This document shows, in pieces, positions 31,740 through 44,215 of a stretch of DNA of 64,000 nucleotides. The stretch comes from Octopus vulgaris (Eukaryota): NCBI GenBank assembly GCA_951406725.2, contig OX597822.1:102796001-102860000 (forward strand), given 5' to 3'. Positions within the stretch are counted from its first letter, which is position 1; every line of letters begins with the position of its first letter. The position numbers were made by a program, and so were the translations under genes. Below the pieces are notes generated by a model, which saw only the letters and a program-made list of their open reading frames with translations, searched no databases and was not told the origin of the DNA.

Positions 31740-34700
31740 ACCAAAACACACTTCAATTTTTACAAAAATAGCAAAGCCCCACTTTCTAGGGAACTGAAAA
31801 AAACCAATATGAATGTAGACTCATAAAAGCAAGAATGTGTCAGATATTTACAAGTACATTCTCTGTTGACGTTTCTAATTGTGCTTGTATTTTAATAAAG
31901 CAGGAGTGGCTGTGTGGTAAGTAGCTTGTTTACCAACCACATGGTTCCGGGTTCAGTCTCACTGCGTGGTACCTTGGGCAAGTGTCTTCTACTATAGCCT
32001 CGGGCCAACCAAAGCCTTGTGAGTGGAATAGTTAGATGGAAACTGAAAGAAGCCCGTCGTATATATGTATATATATATATGCGTGTGTGTGTCTGTGTTT
32101 GTCCCCCTAGCATTGCTTGACAACCGATGCTGGTGTGTTTATGTCCCCGTTACTCAGCGGTTCGGCAAAAGAGACCAATAGAATAAGTACTGGGCTTACA
32201 AAAGAATAAGTCCTGGGGTCGAGTTACTCGATTAAAGGCGGTGCTCCAGCATGGCCGCAGTCAACTGACTGAAACAAGTAAAAGAGAGTAAAGAGTAAAG
32301 CTTCAGTGTATCAAATGTTTTTTCGGTTTACAAGTAGTTGAATAATTATAATAATTTGAAGTTTTGATAATACATGCTATTATAGAATCGGCATAGTATC
32401 TGACAAAATGTCTTGCAGTATGTAGGTTCCTATTACGTTCCGAGTGGGTTTCAATATAGAACTGCAATAATGAGAATTGGCTTCATTATATCTCATTATT
32501 TTTAGAGCCCCAAAAGGTCCGGAATACTAGATAAAATTACTGAAAATTCACAAAATTAAAAAGGCGGGGTGTTTTCTGTTAAATTCCTCAAAACATTTAG
32601 TCTGAAATTGTCATTTCTGCTAACTCATTTCCTCGATGAAGATTAACCCTTTTGATACCAACCCACCTGAGACTACCCCTACTTCTGATGATGCAAAATG
32701 TTTTAATGTAATCTAACTGAAAACCTCCCATCAAAATTTCATGTTAATTTATATTCTAAACACCAACATAATAATGACAAAGTTATTTTACTAATTACTT
32801 TATTACTTCAAGAAGACTCCGTGCCGGTGGCACGTAAAAAGCACCATTCGAGCGTGATCGTTACCTGCGTCGCCTTACTGACATTTGTGCTGGTGGCACG
32901 TGAAAAAATATTCAAGCGAAGTCGTTGCCAGTGCCGCTGGACTGGCTCCTGTGCAGGTAGCACATAAAAAGCACCATTCAAGCGGGGTCGTTGCCAGTAC
33001 CGCCTGACTGGCCTTCGTGCTGGTGGCACGTAAAAGCACCCACTACACTCTCTGAGTGGTTGGCGTTAGGAAGGGCATCCAGCTGTAGAAACTCTGCCAG
33101 ATCAAGATTGGAGTCTGGTGCAGCCATCTGGTTCGCCAGCCCTCAGTCAAATCGTCCAACCCATGCTAGCATGGAAAGCGGACGTTAAACGATGATGATG
33201 AAGAGAGAAGACTGTGCTGGTTTAGTCATGTAATGCATAAAGATGTGCCAAGCTCTAATCATGGAGGGAACCTGTGGAAGGAGTAGACCCAAGAAGCTGT
33301 GGGATGAAGTGGTGAGAAAGGACCTTCAGGTGCTGGGCCTCAGTGAGGAAATGATGAGGGATCAGGAGTTGTGGTGGTTTTTTGCACTTGAGAAGACATG
33401 TCAAGTTAAGGAAAATCTCTGTCACCCATACACACAGGCCTGTCCTTTACAGGTGCTGGTGCCACATATAATGCATTCGTGCCAGTGCTGTATAAGTGTG
33501 CCAGTGGCAGTGGCAAGCTCTCAGCACACTCTGTAAAGTGGTTGGCAATAGGAAGGATATCCAGCTGTAGAAGCCATGCCACAAAAGACAATTGGGGTCC
33601 AGACTGCTCCCCAGTTGGCCAGCTCCTGTCAAACCGTCCAACCCATACCAGCATAGAAAACAGATGTCAAACGATGATGATGTTACTCTTTGAAATAAAG
33701 GCAGTTAAGGCAGCGAGCTGGCAGAATCGTTAGCACGCTGGGCGAAATGCTTAGCGGTATTTCGTCTGGCATTACGTTCTTAGTTCAAATTCTGCTGAGG
33801 TCGACTTTACCTTTCATCCTTTCGGGGTCAATAAATTAAGTACCAGTTACGCACTGGGGTCGATGTAATTGACTTAAGGCAGTGTATTTCAATAGAAATA
33901 TGGTAATAAAAGGGTTAATGTCTAAAGTCATGGAGAATAAATTCATGTTGATAAGCTAATCTATGTTTTAATATGTTTCCATTTGTTTTTATTTCAGTTC
34001 AAGCATCAATCACCTCTTCGTTATGAAGAAGAATATAGTAAAAGGTAAAAGAAAATTATGAAATCTTTATATATAAAACTGTAGTTGTGTGAGTGTCTGT
34101 CCCCTTCGATTTAGATTCCTAACTACTCCCACATTTTGCGGTGCAGTTTAACCAAAACTGGGTATCTTATAGTCGTGATTCATATTGAGCCCTTCTGGGT
34201 ATTAGCGCGCGTCTACGATGAGTCTACGATTTAAAAAAAAATTTACCATAATTTTTTTCCATTTTAATGCATTTTTTTCGCTATTATATGAGGGAAATAA
34301 CTCTCTAAAAATGTCTACGATGAGTCAACGATTTAAAGAAAAATTTACCATCAATTTTTTTTCCATTTTTAATGCATTTTTTTGCTATTTTTTGGCTATA
34401 ACTCTCTAAAAATGCTTATATAGTTATTTCCCTTACAAACCCGAGCAACGCCAGGCGATACTGCTAGTTAGTTATAATTTTGTTGCATGTCAAGAGTAAC
34501 ATTTGTAAAATGATTTCTTTAAACTTTATTAAATTGTGTTTCTCTGATTTTGCAAGAATTTGGTAAATTATCAAAAGCTCTCTCTCTCCCTTCCTTTACC
34601 CCCCCCTCTTTCTCTCTTTCAAACACACACAATTTCATCCTCATCATCGTTTAACGTCTGCTTTCCATGCTAGCATGGGTTGGACGATTTGACTGAGGTC

Positions 34701-37700
34701 TGGCGAACCAGATGGCTGCACCAGGCTCCAATCTCATTCTGGATGATTTTCTACAGCTGGATGCCCTTCCTAACACCAACCACTCCGAGAGTGTAGTGCG
34801 TGCTTTTACGTGCCATTGGCATAAAGGCCAGTCAGGCGGTACTGGCAACGGCCATGCTCAAATGGCAAGGCCAGTCCAACAGCACTGGCAATGACCTCGC
34901 TCGAGTTTGAATCACCTTGGGAAAATTTCCGCAAAAAAGTTGATGTAATATAAAAATTTTGTTTGAAACCTAAGGTTGAGAGCTCTCTAATACCAGACCA
35001 AAATTTCTTTATAGCGTTACTGTGTAGGTATATTAGATTGTTCTGTACTAGCACCATCCGGTGGCACGTAAAAAGCACCATCCGTCCATGGCCGTTTGCC
35101 AGTTCCGTCTGGCACCTGTGCGGGTGGCACGTAAAAAGCACCCACTACACTCACGGAGTGGTTGGCGTTAGGAAGGGCATCCAGCCGTAGACACACTGCC
35201 AGATCAGACTGGGCCTGATGCAGCCTTCTGGCTTCACAGACCCCAGTTGAACCGTCCAACCCATGCTAGCATGGAAAGCGGACGCTAAATGATGATGTTG
35301 ATGATGATGATGATGATGATGGACAGCAAGAATCAGAATGATAACATGCACATTCATTTTTAATATGTTCTAGCAGATTCGAATGTGAATACTCCAATAT
35401 TATTGGAGGAGTAACTTTGAGGAGACAAAACAAGGTTGAAACACAGGAAGTCCCAAAGTCCCCTTACCCTAATGAATTTGTCTGAAGAAGACAAAATACA
35501 GTGATTATTAGCATATTTATGTTTGAATCTGCCAGAAAGGATTAAGAATGAATATGTTTGTCGGTATATTTTAATACAAATAGATTTGATTGCATGTCAT
35601 CATCATCATCATCATTTTAATGTTCACATTTCCATACTTGCGTGGGTCAGATAGAATCCATTGAGGCTAATTTTCTTTCACTGGATGCTCTTCCTGTCAC
35701 CAACCCTTGCCCGTTTCCAAGCAAGTTAGTATTTCTCCGTGACGAGATATATTTACACAGAAGATTGGCAGTAAAGGTGACACTTGTATGATAGTGACAA
35801 TCACAGTTATGTGATATCAAGACAAGGATACAAACAAACAAACATACATACATACACACTCCAGCATGGAAAATGGACAGTAAACGATGATGATATATAC
35901 ACATACACACACACGTTAGGAAGGGCATCAAGCTGTAGAAACTTTGCCAGATCAGACTGGAGCCTGGTGCAGCCTTCTGACGTGCCAGCCCTCAGTCAAA
36001 CCGTCCAACCCATGCCAGCATGGAAAGCGGACGTTAAACGATGATGATGACACAGACAGACTGACAGATCAATAGATCAGGTTTCCAGAACATTTCACAG
36101 TATTTTCTGTGACATTTTTTTTATGCTAAAGATAATATGTTGGACACAGATATTGAAATGCACATTATCATAGAAGGTATCCTTCAATATAACTCGACAA
36201 AATCAAAACATTTCTGTTTGGGTATTTCCGTGGAAGTAAAGGACAGTCCGATTCTATTTTCTGCTTGGAAATTTTCAGATTTTACATACACACATGAAGC
36301 AGGTAAGAACAAATATGTAAGGCTTTTTTTTCTTCAAGCTTAAAATGAGACATTGCTGGCATAATTTTGTTATATCTATACTCCACCACCCACGGAAATA
36401 CCCGAAGTGAACTGTTTTGATTTTGTCAAGTTATATCGATGGAATGCCATCATATAATATATAGGCACAGGCTTGGCCATGAGGTTAAGAAATTTACTTT
36501 GTTATTACCCTCTATCAGGCATTTGCCATATTCTGAACGCCTTACTTCCCTGGGCATGGACACATTGAAACTCCGACGTCTGGCAGCTGACTTGGCAGAC
36601 ACCCATAAAATTATTAACCATCTTACTAACAATAACTCTGAGCACCTTTTCAAACTACACCTGTCTAACACCCGTGGACATGTTTACAAAGTCAGAAAAC
36701 AGCACAGCTCCCATGACTTTCGGAAACATTTTTTCACGCTAAGAGTTGCTGAAGCATGGAACAAACTGCCGGCATCAGTTGTTAGTTGTCGGAGCACTGC
36801 ATCCTTCAAAACTTCCATGCTTCCTGAGATTCGCCAACACTACACCTGAATTTCTCCCCTCCATACACACGCAAGCATATATCTGACTCATACATTGTTC
36901 GCTTTCCAGACATTTGTACATTACTGCATATGCTTTATACGCACTTTTGACAAGTTGTGGTGCACCTGAGCACTGTATACAATAATTTCATTATTATTAT
37001 TATATTTTTTAGAGTTTGGTCCCATTGTGTTGTACTGTGGGCAGAAGTTTTGTTTTTTTTAGTGTTGACAGTAACGGTTGCCAATTAGGTTTTTTCACAA
37101 TCTGACTCATCTACTTCTTTCTTTGGATCCCCAACTCTTCATAGTGTTGCAGATACGCGGTTGTCTTATACAGTGTGTCATAGGCATTGTGAACCTGACA
37201 GACCATATCTCTCCAGGCCTGAACACTGCCAATTTCTTCCGAAAAGGAAGAGAGAGAAAGAAGAATCTAACCTAATACTTTACCTGCACTATATTGGACT
37301 CTGCAAATAAAGATATAGTTGACCTAACTAAACTACTACTAGCAACTGGAAGATACATTTTGCCATTCTGTGCAATTATTTTCTGTTGTGAATGTTGAAC
37401 GTGTACGTTGCTACAATCGATTATCTCCCTTAGATTTGTCTTTCTTTTCATGTTGGTTATTCTAGTATACTGTAAATCCTTGAGTATAATCCGCATTTTT
37501 TCCCCAAAATTTAAAGGTCAAAATCTCTAGCGCGTACTATATACAAGGTTAAAAATGAAAAATATTTTCTAAGCAATGTTCGAGTCTCTATTTGCTGTCC
37601 GGCAATGTTTATTCCGACGCATTTTGTGATGTCGGGCGCGAAAATACCTTAAGCTAAGCCTGAAAGCAATGAAGGCATAAAAGAATCATCCATAACTTGT

Positions 37701-40700
37701 AGTAAGCAACATTTATTAAAATAAAAGTATTCAGAACACAGAATAACATTTAAAAAAGAAAACAATTTGCAAACATATTTACATTCCCATATAACAGTTA
37801 AGAACATCTCCATTATTGTATTACGCATGTGCGGAAGTGTTTGTTCAACTAGGTGCTGCTAGCTTAATTACGCACGACTCAAGTTAGAAAAGGGGTGTGT
37901 ATTATACGCAAGGTTTAGGTTTTTCAGAAGTACAGCCCCCTAAAAATCCCCTGCGTATTATACTCAAGGGTGGACCATACTCGAAGATTTACGGTATCTA
38001 AGATGAATGGAAATAACTCAACTTTTTTTCTGTATTATTTCATTTGTTGAAGGCACTGGAAATAGTTGCAGAAATTTATGAAATTTTTCATTATTTAATT
38101 CAATTTGTTACCGTTCTCAATTCAAATACCATTAGTCATTTTTGCTTTTGTTCCTTCTGGAATTATAAAATAGGTAGTAGTAACACTTTCCCATATTTTT
38201 CATCTTAATTATCTCTTTGATACTAATCCACCTAGGATGCCCTTAATCCAGTGCTACAAACTTCTTGCTTTAAAGTGATTTAAATTAAAACCTTTCATCA
38301 AAGCTTCATGTTGATTCATGTTCCAAATACCTATTTCTTTACTACCCACAAGGGGCTAAACACAGAGAGGACAAACAAGGGCCGACAAACGGATTAAGTC
38401 GATTACATCGACCCAGTACGTATCTGGTACTTAATTTATCGACCCCGAAAGGATGAAAGGCAAAGTCGACCTCGGCGGAAATTGAACTCAGAACGCAACG
38501 GCAGACGAAATACTGCTCAGCATTTCGCCCGACATGCTAATGTTTCTGCCAGCTCACCACCTTGTTCCAAATACCTGCTTATCATCATCATCGTTTAACG
38601 TCCGTTTTCCATGCTAGACCGGGGTCTGGGAAGCCAGGAGGCTGCACCAGGCTCCAGTCTGATCTGGCAATGTTTCTACAGCTTGATGCCCTTCCTAACG
38701 TCAACCACTCTCTGAGTGTAGTGGGTGCTTTTTACGTGCCACTGGCACAGGGGCCAGAGGAGGCTGGCAAACGGCCACGATCGGTTGGTGCTTTTACGTG
38801 TCACCGACACGGACGCCAGTCAGGCGGCACTGGCAACTGCCACGTTCCAACGGTGCTTTTAACGTGTCACCGGCATGAGTGTCTTAATTACAATTTCCAT
38901 TTGATTTTCATTTTGATGTTGGTGTTAACGTACTTGAAGGATAAAATTATTTTACTAAATCCTTCATTATTTTCAAAATTAACTGAAACAAAAACTACAC
39001 TCACGGAGTGGTTGGCATTAGGAAGGGCATCCAGCTGTAGAAACATTGCCAGATAAGACTGGAGCCTGGTGCAGCCTTCTGGCTTCCCAGATCCCTGGTC
39101 GAACCATCCAACCCATGCTAGCATGGAGAACGGACATTAAACGATGATGATGATGATGATGATTTATTTTAACAGAAACACAGCAGCAAAAAGGGTTGAA
39201 GAGATTTAGCTCAGTAATCAGGCATCATGAAGTTGTGTGTCTCAGTGGTTAAGGTGTTTCACTCAGAATTGTAAGACTGTGGTTTCAATTCCCTGACTGG
39301 ACTGTCTATTGTATTTTTGAGCAAAACACTTCATTTTACATCACTTCATATCTCTATATATAAACGGCAAAATGTCTATGTGTGTGTGTGTGTGTCCTTT
39401 ATACAAATCCACAATTTTTCAGTTAGAGGGCTCACACTTTCTATGGTCATTCAAAAATGTCCAAGAGTGGACGTGCACATCTTTACATTTCCCCAGTCAC
39501 CCCACAAAGCCATTAAAAAATCAATAGAAGTGACTTTTTTGTGAATTTTCCATCCAAAACCCAATCAAAATGCCCGAAACTTGATACACCAATTGAATGC
39601 CAGCTAGCTGTATGTGATTGGTCGGAGATTTGGACAGTACTCGCGTGTAGGTGCACACGCATGCAGCTGTATATGCATGCACTAGCACTATGACCGGGCG
39701 TTACCTGGTCATAGTGCTAGTTCATCTATAAATGAGTGCCAGCAATAGTTGGGAAGTTGACTCTGCAACAGACCATCCGGTTCTAAGAGGAATGTTGCAA
39801 TCTTAGCCACTTATATGCACACAATATCTTCTTTGGCATAGTTTCTATAGCTGGATTCCCTTCCTAATGCCAATCACTTTACAAAGTGTACTGGGTGCTT
39901 TTTTTTTTTTTGTGGTACTATCACTACTCAAAGCGTCGAAAATATTTTGACGTTCGTGGCCGTTGCCAGCCTCGCCTGGCCCCCGTGCCGGTGGCACGTA
40001 AAAAGCACCATCCCTCCGTGGCCGTTTGCCAGCTCCATCTAGCACCTGTGCAGGTGGCACGTAAAAAGCACCCACTACACTCACGGAGTGGTTGGCGTTA
40101 GGAAGGGCATCCAGCCGTAGAAACACTGCCAGATCAGACTGGGCCTGATGCAGCCTTCTGGCTTCACAGATCCCAGTTGAACCGTCCAACCCATGCTAGC
40201 ATGGAAAGCGGACGCTAAATGATGATGCTGATGATGATGAAGTGAATCTAACAGTTTTTGTGTGTTTCTTAAATGGCTTACAAACACCTTCCACGCTGCA
40301 ATTGTTTTCGTTCCAGCACACGATCTCAGATCAGGTCACTCGCTATGCAAGTACATCTCCGTAATATTTTATTGTTGATTCTGTGAAAGTATTTTTATTT
40401 TGAACTACCCACGTTTCTTCTGTCTCTTTCTCACTTCAGAACTCAACCACCTCCGAGCTTACCTGTAGGTCCTCATCATAAACTTTCTGGTAACTATTAT
40501 TACACTCGAGATGCTCGTCGAGAGGTTTTGCCGCCAGCAATAGCTTACAGCCCAGCACCAGCTCTTGCTGCAGGAGAATCTGCTGAGTAAGTCTTTTATA
40601 TATGTTTTGTGATGTCACTGATTTAGTGTAAATACTGTTAGTGGTGTCGTGTAAGTGTTTGCAGTATACTTTAGACTGTGTAAAGTATACCATGTCGGTG

Positions 40701-41759
40701 GCACGTAAAAAGCACCATCTGAATCGTGGCCGAAGCCAGTGCCGCCTTGACTGGCTTCCGTGCAGGTGGCACGTAAAATGCACCAATCCGACCGTGGCCG
40801 ATGCCAGCCTCGCCTGGCTCCAGTGCAAGTGGCACGTAAAAAGCACCCACTACACTCACGGAGTGGTTGGCGTTAGGAAGGGCATCCAGCTGTAGAAACA
40901 TTGCCAGATAAGACCGGAGCCTGGTGCAGCCTTCTGGCTTCCCAGATCCCCGGTCAAACCGTCCAACCCATGCTAGCATGGAGAACGGACGTTAAACGAT
41001 GATGATGATGATCGCTCGTATTAAATATATAAATACTTTAATAGTATTAATATTTTTATACAATGGAGCACTCAATATAAATTCAGTATATAATATTCTT
41101 ATTGAATATATTTACCTAAAGATTTATATATTGTGTTATGAATGCAAATTCCAACATGGAGACAATTCTTAGAATACTAGAATTTTCTAGCCAAACATAT
41201 CAAGAAGTAAGCAAAAGAACACAGTAAAGACTAAGAAGATGATATCAACTTTTTTAAGCATCTTTCGATTATTGTAAAGGAGAATTTTGTGCAAGCTGAT
41301 GTAAATGGTGGTTGATTTCTCCAGTCGTACTTTACACTATATTTACTCTTTAACATGTTTCAGTGATTTGACTGTGGCCATGCTGGAGCACTGCCTTTAG
41401 TCAAGCAAATCGTCCCCAGGACTTCTTTGTAAGCCTAGTACTTATTCTATTGGTCTCTTTTTGCCGAACTGCTAAGATACGGGGACGTAAACACACCAGC
41501 ATCGGTTGTCAAGCGATGTTGGTGGTGGTGGTGGCGGGGGGGCGACAAACACAGACACACAAACATATACTCACTCATACATATATATACGACGGGCTTC
41601 TTTTAGTTTCCGTCTATCAAATCCACCCACAAGGCTTTGGTCAGCCTGAGGCTATAGTAGAAGACACTTGCCCAAGGTGCTACGCAGTGGGACTGAACCC
41701 AGAACCATGTGGTTCGTAAGCAAGCTACTTACCACACAGCCACTCCTATGCCTACAACC

Positions 41760-41798
<39 letters not shown>

Positions 41799-42358
41799 GT
41801 CATTATCATCATCGTTCTAACGTCTGCTTTTCCACTCTTGCATGAGTTTCTTAATGCAGATTTCCTATGGTCAAATGCCCTTCTGTTACTAACCCTCATC
41901 TGTTTTCAAGAAAAATATAATTTCTCTTTGTGCTTTAAATGCAAAGAGCACAATAGTTGGACATATTTCCATGGATAATTGCAAACAAATGATTTTGATA
42001 TAGACTAATATACAGGTGAAGGCCTGGTATTTGTCAGTTTGAAAACCTCTGACTGAGGAAGCTAGAGCTGTCACAGAAGACAGGTAGAGTTATGTACCTT
42101 TTATTAGCTATATAAATATTCCTTTGTTGATGCAGATTAGCATTAATTATTTTCTTTACATCGTGAGATTTCAATTCTTGTCCACGTGGAAGTAATACAG
42201 TATCGCCTTTTACAAATCTTGTGCAGTATTATTTTACTTCCCATCCACATGGTTTCAGGTTCAGTCTTACTGCATGGCACCACGAGCAAATGCTTCTATT
42301 GAAGTCTTGTGAGCGAATTTGGTAGAAGGTGACTAAAAGCTTGTAGTGTGTGTGTATA

Positions 42359-42405
<47 letters not shown>

Positions 42406-42642
42406 AGAGTTTACGAAAAAAAACAAAAGACGAAAACAGGTAGTGTACAAAACAAACAGATGTATTAGTAAAACGCTCAGGAATAGAAAAAGTCTTTTAC
42501 GTTTCGAGCCTACGCTCTTCTACAGAAAGGGACACAGAAAAAAAACAAGGGGAGAAAATATATATATATTTATACAATATATATATACACACATACATAT
42601 AAATATATCTATCTATATATATATATATATATACACACACAC

Positions 42643-42675
<33 letters not shown>

Positions 42676-43094
42676 TATATATTTATACACACACACACTC
42701 TCACTCATATAGATGTATGTTTGTCTCCTTGACTTGACATCATCTGATGTTTGTGAGTGTCACTTTCACTTCAATTTCCAGTCTTCTATGGAACCATGTC
42801 CAGCCAAGGGGGAAATATTACCTTATTTGGAAGCAGGTGAGGGTTGGTAACAGGAAGTGTATCGGACTGTTGAAAAAATCTACCACTACAAATTTTGTCT
42901 GACCGACACATTCATGGAATCATAGATGTTAAATGATGATGAGGTTGAAAGAAATTTGTTTTTAAATCCTTTTCTCATTGTGGGTCTTGCTTTCATTTAT
43001 TTACAGGTCTCAAGAAACAGTAAAGAAACTGCCGCCAATTCCAGGCTTTGGTTATGATTGGGCTACAGGGAAATCAGAATACAAGACGAAATGA
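30798..43094 (+). CDS. NDUFA7: NADH dehydrogenase [ubiquinone] 1 alpha subcomplex subunit 7 (B14.5a), 4 exons, 113 aa
   Basis: Exons 30798-30857, 33998-34044, 40440-40586 and 43007-43094 have GT-AG introns with consistent phases 0/2/2. Protein: [20 protein letters not shown]|[15 protein letters not shown]|[49 protein letters not shown]|[29 protein letters not shown]. It matches the NDUFA7 signature RNW..G...LRY...SKRTQPPP.LP.GP.HKLS.NYY.TRD.RRE..PP. AATAAA at 43351 and 43367. Confidence 0.96.
33200..33682 (+). mobile_element. RTE-clade LINE 3' end with family A-type UTR
   Basis: [37 protein letters not shown], then family A core and (GAT)n. Confidence 0.8.
33998..34044 (+). CDS. NDUFA7: NDUFA7 exon 2
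   Basis: ttttatttcAG|[17 protein letters not shown]|GTAAAA. Confidence 0.9.
34064..34467 (+). mobile_element. Non-autonomous Helitron
   Basis: A|TC...CCCGAGCAACGCCAGG hairpin...CTAG|T with no TSD; starts 20 bp after the NDUFA7 exon 2 donor. Related elements at ~16094 and ~46029. Confidence 0.8.
36500..37002 (+). mobile_element. CR1-like LINE 3' end
   Basis: [22 protein letters not shown]...[11 protein letters not shown]...[14 protein letters not shown]; (ATT)n tail. Also at 46880-47257 and 54623-54850. Confidence 0.9.
39351..39720 (+). mobile_element. Non-autonomous Helitron nested in an older SINE
   Basis: A|TC start; 3' hairpin CTAGCACTATGACCGGG-cgtta-CCTGGTCATAGTGCTAG|T. Confidence 0.75.
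40440..40586 (+). CDS. NDUFA7: NDUFA7 exon 3
   Basis: Polypyrimidine acceptor; [28 protein letters not shown]; donor GTAAGT. Confidence 0.97.
43007..43094 (+). CDS. NDUFA7: NDUFA7 exon 4 (terminal)
   Basis: tttatttacAG|G TCT...AAA TGA; phase-compatible with exon 3; polyA signals downstream. Confidence 0.88.
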
Positions 43095-43734
43095 AGATTG
43101 ATAGCTGATTAGATAATGTTGCTTACACACGACCATGCTACAACTTGGCTGAGAAGTCCTTTGATAAAATTCAAAAGAAATTCTTGTGTAAGAATCAGAA
43201 AAAAAAAAACAAGTTATTTATAGAATTAAATACAAGTTTGTAAATGTTTGTGGTTATGTTCCTGACTTCTGAGAGAGTGCCAGGCATCTTGTTCTGTGAT
43301 GCAGAAATATTGTACATACTGAATTAATTGATATTATCAATATCTAAGATAATAAAATAGACACTTAATAAATAATTAGTAGATCTTTTTATTGAAATTT
43401 AAGCAAAACAAAGAAAGGAGGTAAAAAAAATCTCTACACTGCTCTCAAGAAAGAGAAAATTATGTTCATTCAGCATTTTAGCTTCAATATATGTCAGACA
43501 TAAGTATTAATGTGAGCTAATATTTTGAAATTAGACTTATTTAAACCTGCATTTTTGAAGTAAGTCTGAAAATGCTAGGCTATTTATAAAACTGAAGGTT
43601 TTTAAGGCTCTTTATGAGTGCATATATATTGTCAATAAAATAAAGTACTAGTCAAGTACTATGGTCGAAATAATTGGCTGCTTTCACCCAACAAATTTCA
43701 GTCCTTGTGCCTTTATCAGAAACGGTTGTGATTA

Positions 43735-44215
43735 AATACCTATTTCTTTATTACCCACAAGGGGCTAAACATAGAGGGGACAAACAAGGACAGACTTGTG
43801 ATTAAATACCAATTTCTTTACTACCCTCAAGGGGTTAAACACAGAGAGGACAAACGGGTTAAGTCAATTATATCGACCACAGTGCATAACTGGTACTTAT
43901 TTAATCGACCCCGAAAGGATGAAAGGTAAAGTCGACCTCGGCGGAATTTGAACTCAGAACATAATGGCAGACGAAATACCTATTTCTTTACTACCCACAA
44001 GGGGCTAAACACAGAGAAGAAAAAACAAGGACAGACAAACGGATTAAGTCGATTATATCGACCCCAGTGCGTAACAGGTACTTATTTAATCGACCCCAAA
44101 AGGATGAAAGGCAAAGTCGACCTCAGCGGAATTTGAACTCAGAACGTAGAGGCAGACGAAATACAGCTACGCATTTTGCCCTGCGTGCTAACATTTCCGC
44201 TAGCTCGTCGCCTGT
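43735..44215 (-). mobile_element. tRNA-derived SINE family C (tandem copies)
   Basis: Sense GAGCTGGCAGAA...GAGTTCAAATTCCGCCGAGGTCGACTTTGCCTTTCATCCTTTCGGGGTCGAT. Copies also at ~16900, 33708, 38330, 44350, 50230 and a dense cluster at 52355-53780. Confidence 0.85.

Noticed and set aside
35377-35485. In-phase alternative terminal exon for NDUFA7 (FECEYSNII...NEFV*)
   Set aside because: Weak acceptor, no homology, and it would delete the conserved core; probably chance
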